Shown one piece after another: positions 53,799 through 64,000 of a stretch of 64,000 bases of DNA (its first letter is position 1; each line of letters opens with the position of its first letter). The notes beneath the pieces are model-generated. The model was not told where the DNA came from, made no database searches, and worked only from the letters and a program-made list of their open reading frames with translations. The stretch lies in the NCBI RefSeq assembly GCF_006345805.1, contig NC_042998.1, forward strand, positions 179,180,001 to 179,244,000, given 5' to 3'. The translations under genes and the position numbers were made by a program. This stretch comes from Octopus sinensis (taxonomy: Eukaryota).

Positions 53799-54270
53799 GC
53801 CTTTGCCCAGCTTCTAGTGCTGGAGATGTACTACGGTGTCAGCTGTTCACTACCAGTGAACTAAGGTAACACCTCTTATTTTTTGAGCACCTTCCGGAGT
53901 ATTCGAGTGGTTCCAAGCAGTGCTATTTCCTGCAAGTGCTCCACCCTTATTGCAGCCCTTATTTGTTCCATGTACTTCTCAAGATTTTTGCTCACTGTTC
54001 CTAGGGCTCCGACAATTATTGGTACTACTGCTACCTTTTTTCATCGAACACAACTGCTTAACTTCCCAAGCTAACTTGTCATATCTCTCAACTTTTCTTT
54101 CTTCTTTATCGCATATCTTGTTGTCAGCTGGGCATGCTATATCTATGATTCAGCATAGTTTGTTTTCTTTCTCAATTAAGATTATATCCAGTTTCCTATT
54201 CTCTATCTCATGGTCGCACAGAATCATAAAATCCCAGAGGATCTTTGCATGTCTATTTTCGACGATGCCT
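53799..54270 (-). mobile_element. R4/Dong-clade endonuclease domain and 3' end, second subfamily
   Basis: ILWDFMILCDHEIENRKLDIILIEK..IIDIACPAD..KE..K.ERY..L..VVPIIVGALG..LQEIALLGTTRILRKVL; (ATT)n on both sides. Confidence 0.88.
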
Positions 54271-54289
54271 TATTTTTATTATTATTATT

Positions 54290-54848
54290 GAGTGAGAGAG
54301 CAGTGCATGCCATCAAAGTGACACTGGGGTAAAATATACGAAGCCCAGTATACCCATCATGACTACCCATCTGATAAAGGTACACTAGGCACATGCATCA
54401 CAACCATGTGTGCACGACATGGTGACTTCATATCAAGATAAACAGTGCATGACCTTGCAGGTGGGGCCCAGTTAGAATTTTCTTCAGGTTGAGTAGCTCA
54501 TCCTGCTCATAAGGTCCCTGAATAAGGGTTGTTTAAGGATTTTGAATGAAACACCCATGTTTTCAAAGGTGAATTATTCAAACCCCAAAGAATTCCTCTC
54601 AACACATGGCTATGATGCTCCCCAACTAATTCTGCTCATGATCAGAGATGCAAATATTGTCAGCCACTAAGGGATATGCTCAACTGGTTAAGGTCAATCA
54701 ACTGACAAGCAAATCTGTGGTATTGAGCAGAATATTTGCTGTAGCCCATCTATTTATACCAAGACAAAACAATGTACATGATAACACTTCCAATCAGTTA
54801 AGATCAGAAGCCACGAGAGCCACTGCCTGGTACTGCATCAGGGCATTT
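54290..54848 (-). mobile_element. (ATT)n-flanked ~555-bp retroposon copy
   Basis: Near-identical to 40649-41207. Confidence 0.88.
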
Positions 54849-54992
54849 ATCATCATCATCATTATCTTCGTTGTTGTTGCTATTATCATCATCATCATTA
54901 TTATCATCATCCTTATTGGACATTAAATGAAGATGATGATGATGATTATTGTTGTTGCTGCTATTCATTATTGTATTTATATTATTTTTCAG

Positions 54993-55134
54993 GAGCAGGT
55001 ATAGCCCTGTTGATCATGACCTACATTCGCTGTTTGATGTTTTCTGTGGAAATGTCCTATGGTTTATTCTACACATTTGCTTCTCTTCAGCAACCATTTC
55101 CCTGGAGTCTGTCCAAATATAACAAAACCTTATG
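54993..55134 (+). CDS. SLC6 family protein, exon encoding TM3 and start of EL2
   Basis: Acceptor ATTTTTCAG|, donor TATG|GTATGT, 142 nt, phase 1/2, in frame with the previous exon; (G)AGIALLIMTYIRCLMFSVEMSYGLFYTFASLQQPFPWSLSKYNKTL(W) aligns with GIG.A..........W...Y...S....PW. Confidence 0.85.
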
Positions 55135-55821
55135 GTATGTTTTCCTTTATTGTTATTTTGTTATTGTAATTGTTACTTCTGCTTTCTCCTTCTTCCTCTT
55201 CTTCATCTTCCACCTTCCACTTCATTTTATAATCCAACTTATTTTGTTCATATTATTCGTACATGCTTTACAGGTGACAGGCTGATAGAACCACTGGCAT
55301 GCTGGACAAAATGCTTAGCAGAATTATTGTTCATTTTTATGTTCTGAGTTCAAATTCTGTTGAAGTCGACATTGTGTTTTCTCCTTGTGGGAGTTGATAA
55401 ACTAAGTACTAGCTGAGCACTGGGGTTGATATAATCAACTTAACTGCTCTCCTGAAATTGCTGACCAAGTGCCAAAATATGAGACCATTATTTGTACATG
55501 GTATAAGACGACAAGCTGCTAGGACTGTTAACAAGCTGAACAAAATGCTTACTAGCACGTTGTCTATCTTTATGTTCTGAGTTCAAATCATATATATTGT
55601 CGAAAGAAACTTGTGCATGAGTCACAAGATACAAACATCTAGTAGTATCTTACTGGCTCTATCAGTAACAGTTCTCTAGGTACAGTAGCAAGGTTTGAAC
55701 TATAAAACTTTGTTGCCTCCAGTCTTTCACTTTAAACCCACAGCCAAATATCATGACAATTTTCTTCTAAGTAGTATATATATTTTATTAATTTTATATA
55801 TATATATATATATGTTTGTTC

Positions 55822-56100
55822 CTTGTTGAGCCATACCTGGCTCATAGGGCCAGTTTCCCGGTTTCCTTGGTGTATAGGTTCCCCACCAAGATGGGACACC
55901 AGTCTGCCGCAGGTGAGCTGCAAGATGCAGGAGGAAAGATTGAGAGAAAGTCGTGGCAAAAGAGTCAGCAGAAGTTTGCCATTACCTTCTGCCAAAGCCA
56001 CATGGATTTTAGGTGTTTCACTCATAAACACACACATCGCCCGGTCTGAGATTCGAACCTGCGAGTCCACTGCTCTAACCACTAGGTCATGTGCCTCCAC
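55822..56100 (-). mobile_element. tRNA-derived SINE with V-domain-like centre
   Basis: Minus head GTGGAGGCACATGACCTAGTGGTTAGAGC..GGTTCGAATC; ..AGACTGGTGTCCCATC.. central motif. Confidence 0.75.
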
Positions 56101-56708
56101 TATATATATATATATATTATATATATATATATATATATAGTCAGTGGATCATCTATCCAAAAATGAAGCACACTCTAAAGTATAGAGCAGTAAATATATG
56201 TCCGGTTATAGAGTGACCAATGGTTTTGCATCCATTAAGCGTTTAGCTTTATGGACGACTTGTCAGACTCTAGATAGACAGCTGAGGACATATAACCTCT
56301 TTTGAATTGGAGGTAGAAAACCATTACGGTCAGTAATTTGTAAGCAAAAGAATAAGATTCATATATATATATATATATAATCAAAAGAAGCAACAAGGAT
56401 ATTCAGAGGTAAGCAACAAGAATATTCAGAGGTTGCTTATTTTGATTGTAATCACCCATTTTGAATTATATGGATAATACCATACTAAATTCTGGTGCCT
56501 TTAACTTAAGTACCATATTCAACTGAATCTAAATTTTACTGAACTTACATATATATATAGGTATATATGTATATAAATATATATATACAGATAGATAGAT
56601 AGATAGATAGATAGATAAATAGATATATCCATGTATATCATTGAAGATGATATCATCATCATCAGCCTTGTTTAACGCCTGCCTTCCATGCTAGCATGGG
56701 TGGGACAA

Positions 56709-56748
<40 letters not shown>

Positions 56749-58195
56749 CATCATCATCATCATCATCATTTAGCGTCCGTTCTCCATGCTAGCATGGGTT
56801 GGACGGTTCAACTGGGGTCTGTGAAGCTGGAAGGCTTCATCAGGCCCATATATATTTCACACTACATGTGCAATCATCGCTTTTTGCACCGAATGGCTGA
56901 TCACAACTGGCTAAAAATTATCTCTTCCAGTTGATCCCTTAAGCCAGAGTTTTTAACTGTAGATAAACACCAGACACAAGTAAGATGTTAGACATGTTAT
57001 CGCAAACCCTGTTAGTCTTCCTGTATCTTTGACTATCACCTTTCAATAAGAGAATTGTTATTTTAGAAACGTAAATAATCAAAACATAGTCATCAAAAAT
57101 TAAGATTTCCTGGCTTGAAGTATATCATGTATATTATGGTTATAAATCTGATCCTTTTCAAACATGATACAATCATATTCATCACTCTGATTTCGTTTTT
57201 CTTTAAAATCATGTTCCCTCAAGGGAATTAACAAAGTTGATTAAAATCAGCAAAATATATATATTCTTTAATTTCTTCTTTTTATAAAAAGAAAAACTAA
57301 ACTGATAAGCTAAATTACTCGACATCTGTAGAATTTGGTGTCAAAGCTTCTTTCGATTTATTTCCTGTCTTCTTTCCCCAAAATAATTAAGTGACTTCCT
57401 GTCTTTATTTTAGCAATCTTTGCTTCTTGGATATTATGCCTCTTGCATTTCCATATCAACATTAATACAGTTTCAATTCCCATTTGGAATTGCTTCGCTT
57501 ACATCACTAATATGCACGTGAGACAAGAAAAATATGAACGAAACAACACTTTGTATCCCTTTCTATATAAATATGAGACTTCATGCTTTTGTAAGAAACT
57601 GTCTGTCTGAATATCAACAGAGCAATGGAGGTGATGAATATGACAGGGAGCCTGACTAAGATGTTTTATGGCAGCTCAATTAGCTCCCTGTGGTTTTGAA
57701 TTCAAATAGAGTCAGGGTTCAGCTTCCCATATCAGTCCCTCCACTGATGGTAACTTAAGATCCTATACTGTGCTTTTCTTCCAAACAAACAAAAAATGGC
57801 CTTTTGCCAACTTAAAAATAAATTATCAGCTTACCTTTTATCCCACTGAGGGTTGGAAAAATAAGTACTCTATGATAATTATTTTAGTTGTATTAAAAAT
57901 GTACCTGATAACTATTGGCAGAATGTTAAACTTGAAACACTTTTCTGTTAAGATGAACAGGGCACTTTACAAACTGGGTCAGAAATATCTAAAAATTGAT
58001 ACCAAATATTATATGAATGAAGGGGAAAAATTCTCACCTACCATTGAAATGAAATAACAAATTTCCTTCAATAGTAGTCTGATACTATATGATAGTGTTT
58101 GCTTACTCCATAAGTAATGATTTCTTATGGTGGGGATGAATTACAGCTTGTAAGGAAAGAATATACTTGATTGAATTTACATTGATATATTACTG

Positions 58196-58455
58196 GTGAA
58201 GGCGTGTGGCCTAGTAGTTAGGCTGTTGCACCCACAATCCAGTGATTATGGGTTTGATTCCTGGAGTGGGTAAAGCGTTGTATTCTTGAGCAAAAGACTT
58301 CATTTCACATTGCTCCAGTCCTTCTTTTGACCAGGAGGGAATGTTGGCTTGCTCACCTAGCCAATAGGGTGGCATCATTTGAAGGCTAAAACAATGCAAA
58401 AGCACATTGTGACCAGTGATGTGTAACATCTGATAGCCTGGTTGGTCACGTGATA
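58196..58455 (+). mobile_element. SINE family C, divergent
   Basis: tRNA-like head and ..GGTTGGTCACGTGAT end. Confidence 0.7.
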
Positions 58456-59504
58456 ATGTGATATTACTGGTATTTGTTCCATCAATCATAGTGGGATGCA
58501 AGTCAAACAATACTTTACATATTTACACTGTTATGTTAGAGTTATTTATTCTGTCAACCATAGAAGCATGAAAGGTAAAAAATCTACCTTGGCAAGATGT
58601 AAACTCCTGTATGGGAAGAGTGAAACCAAATAAAGCAGGGCATTTAATCAGTACTTAATATTTCAGTCATCATAAGATGACAAGCTGGCAGAATCGTTAG
58701 TATGCCTAGCAAAATGCTTAGCACCATTTTGTTCATCGCTACATTCTGAGTTCAAATTCCTCCAAAGGTCAACTTTGCCTGTCATCCTTTCGGAGGTCAA
58801 TAAAATAAGTACCAGTTGCACACAGGGTTAATGTAATCGACTTACTCCCTCCCTTGAAATTGCTGGCCTTGTGCCAATATTTGAAAGCAATATTTCAGTT
58901 GTCGTAATTTCCTTCTTTCTTTTACTAATACTTACATAATATATCTAAGCTCACATTATTTAATGTGCCAGTCTTTCTTGAGATGGTAGTGATTTAAGAA
59001 AGATTTAATTATTATTTCTAGTAAGTTGGATGAAAATGTAAGGAGCTCTCTCATTGTCATATGCATTTGTGTGTATACTGAAATTTATTGTCCAGATATT
59101 TATAACCTCTGCTCTACAATAGACAGACAATTGTTTCAGAATATGTTGCTCATCAGTCTCTCTTTATAGGGTTTAGAGTTAAATTGAAATTAAATAAAAA
59201 ATATCTGAACTGCTTTTATCCCTTCTTTTCAAATCAATGATTAAAGACAACTATCAGGAACAATAATAGTTTATTGGCATAGAAGGTTGTAGGTTTTTCT
59301 CATATTGAAGTTTGATATGGGGCGGAAAAATAAAAAGCTTCCTTTAACAAAGGTATCTTCAGCCCAATGAATAGCTAGTGGAGAACATCTCATCAAGTAA
59401 TTATTACTTCCAAGGTTCTGCTAGCTAAGAAACATATGTAACCTGGATTTTATCTACTCCATTTATATATATATATATAATATATATATATATATAATAT
59501 ATAT

Positions 59505-59883
59505 AAGATTAATCAGCCGAAATTGCAAGGATGATCCAGTTCTTGACTGAAGATAAAAGGCTTCGAATGACCTGTCCTTGTTTTTTTGTATCGTCTATCT
59601 AGATGTTTTGTTGTCCCTTTTGTATCACCTAGTTGTCCTGATGTTTTGCATTCTTGTCCCATTTTGTATTTTATTTCATATATATATATATATATTATAT
59701 ATATATATATATATATAAGATTAATCAGCCGAAATTGCAAGGATGATCCAGTTCTTGACTGAAGATAAAAGGCTTCGAATGACCTGTCCTTGTTTTTTTG
59801 TATCGTCTATCTAGATGTTTTGTTGTCCCTTTTGTATCACCTAGTTGTCCTGATGTTTTGCATTCTTGTCCCATTTTGTATTT

Positions 59884-59890
<7 letters not shown>
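59505..59890. repeat. Exact direct tandem duplication, period ~212 bp, separated by (TA)n
   Basis: AAGATTAATCAGCCG at 59505 and 59717; the two ~175-bp units appear identical. Confidence 0.93.
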
Positions 59891-59941
<51 letters not shown>

Positions 59942-59966
59942 ATATATACATACATATATGCATGTG

Positions 59967-60002
<36 letters not shown>

Positions 60003-60319
60003 AATATGTGTCTCTGTATATATATATCTTTATGTTTGTGTGTATATGCATGTGTGTATACACGCGCATAAGTACTCATGTTCATAGATTCTCATTATAT
60101 GTGTGTGTGTGTGTGTGTATGTATACCTGTATGTACACACACACACACAACACACACACACATACATATATATGCTGAAATTTCTATTTAACTTCATTAC
60201 AGGCCATCAATCATTGGGATATATGATTCAGGTGCTGACCGTTATTTAAAGTAAGTGGACTTCATATACTCTTTATATATAGCATGTTTTGTGTGAGTGT
60301 ATTTTGAATAATTTATCTT

Positions 60320-60554
60320 TTACTCATTTCAGTCATTAGACCACAGTCATGCTGGAGCAATGCTTTGAGGTATTTTAGTCAAATTAATCAACATCAGTAC
60401 ATTCTTTAAAGTCTGCTACTTATTCTATCGATCTCTTTTTCTGAACTGCTAAGTTACAGTGATGAAAACACACCAGCACCAGTTGTCAAGCAGTGATGAG
60501 GGACAAAAAGAGACACAAGACACACACACACACACACACACACTCACTCACTCA

Positions 60555-60599
<45 letters not shown>

Positions 60600-60800
60600 T
60601 CACACACACACATACACACACACACGCACGCACACACTCATGGCTGGCTTCATTCAGTTTCTGTCTACCAAATCTACTCACAAGGTTTTGTTTGGCCTTA
60701 AGATATAGAAGAAGACACTTGTCCAAGGTACCACACAGTGGGACTGAACCCACTGAACCCAGGACGATGTGGCTGAGAAGCAAACTACTTACCACACAGC
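60320..60800 (-). mobile_element. SINE family A, divergent
   Basis: Tail, (CA)n and head. Confidence 0.75.
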
Positions 60801-60824
60801 CACACCAACACATATATCAATCAA

Positions 60825-61057
60825 AAGGTGGCGAGCTGGCAGAAACGTTAGCATGCCGGGCGAAATGCGTGGCCGTATTTCGTCTGCTGTTACGTTCTGA
60901 GTTCAAATTCCGCCGAGGTCGACTTTGCCTTTCATCCTTTCGGGGTCGATAAATTAAGTACCAGTTACGCATTGGAGTCGATGTAATCGACTTAATCCCT
61001 TTGTATGTCTTTGTTTGTCCTCTCTGTGTTTAGCCCCTTGTGGGTGGTAAAGAAATA
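60825..61057 (+). mobile_element. SINE family B with 14-bp TSD
   Basis: CATATATCAATCAA at 60811-60824 and 61058-61071. Confidence 0.92.
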
Positions 61058-61194
61058 CATATATCAATCAACTTTCTGTATCTTAGTCTATACACACGTG
61101 CGCTCTTCCCAAAACATGTGTAATGAATATGCATACGTTTATAAATGTATTCATATGCATATCTATATATGTGTGTATATTTGTATACATGTGC

Positions 61195-61454
61195 ATGTGT
61201 TTGGATATGCGCTTGTGTGTGTGCATGTATTTGTGTGTGTGTGTGTTTGTGTTTGTGTGTGTGTGCATGTGTTTGTGTGTGCGTGTGTGTGTGTGTGCAT
61301 GTGTTTGTGTGTGTGTGTTTGTGTGTGTGTTTGTGTGTGTATGTGTGTTTGTGTGTGTGTGTGTGTTTGTGTGTGTGTTTGTGTGTGTTTGTGTGTGTAT
61401 GTGTGTTTGTGTGTGTGTGTTTGTGTGTGTGTTTGTGTGTTTGTGTGTGTTGTG

Positions 61455-61487
<33 letters not shown>

Positions 61488-61630
61488 TTGTGTGCGTGTG
61501 TGTTTGTGTGTGTGTGTGCGTGTGAGTGTGTGAGTGTGTGTGCTTGTGTGTGTGTGTGTGCGTTTGTGTGTGTGTGTGTTTGTGTGTGTATGTGTGTGTG
61601 TGTGTGTATGTGTGTGTGTGTTTGCATGTG
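61195..61630. repeat. Degenerate (GT)n/(GTTT) array
   Basis: Directly visible. Confidence 0.95.
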
Positions 61631-61836
61631 CGAATATGCATATGCATATCTCTTCTGCAAGCTAAATCACATATGACAGATATTAGCTCAGCATCTAAGT
61701 GCAGTAAACCAAAGTGATACAAAGAACTAGTTATTTGTCAGCCTTCCAGCAAAATGCTCATATATCTTGTGTATCTATCAATTACATTACTTACAGAAAA
61801 CGGAACTCTTGCTGACTGTTTTCCTCTTCCTCCTAG

Positions 61837-61970
61837 GGATTCAAATCACTTTCTTTTAGCTTCTAAAAGCCTCCCATCTCATCTGCCATGCAACCTTGAC
61901 AACTCCGACAGTAACAACAGCACTGCCTTTGAATATAGCACTGCCTCAACTGTTACATGTAATTATGCAT
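61837..61970 (+). CDS. SLC6 family protein, probable EL2 exon (3' boundary 61958 or 61970)
   Basis: Acceptor TTTTCCTCTTCCTCCTAG| gives phase-2 TG|G = Trp; WDSNHFLLASKSLPSHLPCNLDNSDSNNSTAFEYSTASTVT has N-glycosylation sequons typical of EL2; donors GTAATT (61959) or GTATGT (61971). Confidence 0.55.
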
Positions 61971-62231
61971 GTATGTGACTTTAGATACATAATTTACTAA
62001 AACAAATGCACACGTATACATATACATGCATGTATATATGTATGCGTGTATGGGATAAAATGGGGAATAGTGATCAGTGATGTAGAATTACTTCAGAGAA
62101 GCTGCAGTAGCAGTGTAGAATCCGTTGTTCTACAAAGACATTTGAGGTAGGGTGGGCATCTGGTGAAAATGAATAATAAAAGATTTCCTAAGCAACTTTT
62201 GCATGGTGGGCTGAAAAATTTTGAAAAGCTA

Positions 62232-62647
62232 GGCATAGGAGTGAATGTGTGGTAAGTAGCTTGCTTATGAACCACATGGTTCCAGGTTCAGTCCCACTGC
62301 GTGGCACCTTGGGCAAGTGTCTTCTACTATAGCCTCGGATCGATCAAAGCCTTATGAATGGATTTGGTAGACGGAAACTGAAAGAAGCTCGTCGTATATA
62401 TGTATATATATATATATGTGTGTGTGTATATGTGTTTGTGTGTCTGTGTTTGTCCCCCCAACATCACTTGACAACCGATGCTGGTGTGTTTATGTCCCCA
62501 TACCTTAGCGGTTCAGCAAAAGAGACCGATAAAATAAGAACTAGGCTTACAAAGAATAAGTCCTGGGGTTGATTTGCTCGACTAAAAGCGGTGCTCCAGC
62601 ATGGCCACAGTCAGATGACTGAAACAAGTAAAAGAGTAAAGAGTAAA
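62232..62647 (+). mobile_element. SINE family A, full length
   Basis: Complete head, tract and tail. Confidence 0.9.
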
Positions 62648-63067
62648 CCCAAAATATGTTTCAAGGACTGTCTCAGAATTGCTCTGACACAGACAGGAGT
62701 TTCAGTTGTTGATTGGGAGAGGAAAGCACAAAAATGGAATAGAAGGAGGGAAAGAGTGTGCAGGAATTACTTGAAGTTTGAAAGAGAGAGAATGAAACAT
62801 GAGAAGATCAGGAGAAAACCGAGAAAGAATGAATCACTAGAAAATGAAAGAGTATTGATTTTTACATGCATGATTTATAGGAAGAAATATTTAAGTCAGG
62901 CAGGCCTGGTCAGTCATCAAAGAAGCCATGGAAATGAACGCCTTGTAAATTATGATACAGTTATTGTTGACAACAGACTGTGGAAAGTATGCTGCTTAGT
63001 TGGAGGATTAAAAAGGCTTGTCAAAAGACTTCATTCTATGGCACCAATACCTTCTGCAAACTTTTGA
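62648..63067 (+). mobile_element. RTE-clade LINE 3' ORF remnant
   Basis: PKICFKDCLRIALTQTGVSVVDWE..R..FE.ER..KIRRK..C..K..SQAGLVSHQRSH resembles the RTE C-terminus with a degenerate C2H2-like motif. Confidence 0.7.
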
Positions 63068-63286
63068 TGGGGCTCAAGAGTTCCATAAGGGCTTCATACT
63101 GCATTATCAATGACTCATTTCAATGATTCTTTGTAGCAATGGCTTTGCTTGTATACAAGAATGCAGCCACAATGCAATGTTTGTGACTTTGAATGCACTA
63201 ATGTATTGAAACGAACACACACACACAGACACACGTATACATACATGTGCATATGTATGTGTGCATTTATGTGTGTATATGTATAC

Positions 63287-63500
63287 TCTCTTTTTTTTAC
63301 TCTTTTACATGTTTCAGTCATTTGACTGCGGCCATGCTGGAGCACCGCCTTTAGTCGAGCAAATCGACCCCAGGACTTATTCTTTGTAAGCCCAGTACTT
63401 ATTCTATCGGTCTCTTTTGCTGAAACGCTAAGTGACGGGGACGTAAACACACCAGCATTGGTTGTCAAGCAATGCTAGGGGGACAAACACAGACACACAA
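63287..63500 (-). mobile_element. SINE family A tail
   Basis: Canonical tail followed by (TA)n. Confidence 0.88.
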
Positions 63501-63507
63501 ACACATA

Positions 63508-63546
<39 letters not shown>

Positions 63547-63600
63547 GAAAAAAACAAGTCAAAAATAGAAAATGCTAAAATAATTTTATAGTGAACATTT

Positions 63601-63638
63601 CAGTACCGGTTTCGGTCATTTTGAGACCTTTTCAACTG
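63601..63638 (-). ncRNA. Minimal type I hammerhead ribozyme motif, U3:A8 core variant
   Basis: cag TTGAAAA GGTC-tcaaaat-GACC GAAA CCGG TA ctg: 3-bp stem I, 4-bp stem II, ACCGGT palindrome, GUA site. Confidence 0.72.
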
Positions 63639-64000
63639 TAACGATTAAAATTAAATTTAGAAAAATTAGAAGAAAAGTTTTTTTAAAGGAATATTTCTAT
63701 AGTAGTGTTCAGATATAAGTGGCATTCTGCCTTTCTCTGACTCCCTTGTTTGCACTTGTGTGTTCGAGGTCGTTGTGAGTTCTTGGTAGGGTAGTAGAGG
63801 AAGAGGGCTGGTGAGGAAAGGGGGGTGGGAGAATCTGGGAGTGCCCTGATGGTCGTATTTTGAATGGTCAGTGGCGGCTGGCAGTCTCAGTTCAATTCAG
63901 GAGAATATTTATATTGACAGGCTTGTTTATAGAATTAGCGTAGGTGTTATACTAAAAAACATTAGTGACAAAGTTAAGGGGTAGGGGGTGGAGAAGTAGA

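Overview
AT-rich, microsatellite-saturated eukaryotic genomic DNA. The SINE families and repeat landscape point to an octopus (inference). Nearly all six-frame ORFs are simple-repeat artefacts. One protein-coding gene is supported: a highly divergent SLC6 (sodium:neurotransmitter symporter) family member on the + strand. It has two well-supported exons (43902-44036, 54993-55134), a likely third (from 61837) and a candidate promoter/5' exon near 34272-34347. The rest is a nested transposon landscape. Retroelements: several tRNA-derived SINE families; R4/Dong, L1/Tx1 and RTE LINE remnants; a Penelope GIY-YIG endonuclease remnant. DNA elements: a DD37D maT transposase remnant beside a 100-N gap, hAT-, Merlin- and TA-type MITEs, a non-autonomous Helitron and a 1.7-kb foldback element with 203-bp TIRs. 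There is also a ~478-bp tandem repeat that flips orientation. The most notable unannotated signal is a set of minimal type I hammerhead ribozyme motifs with palindromic stem III loops, two carrying a compensatory U3:A8 core and one duplicated into a 248-bp palindrome. All calls were made by eye; no database search was run.
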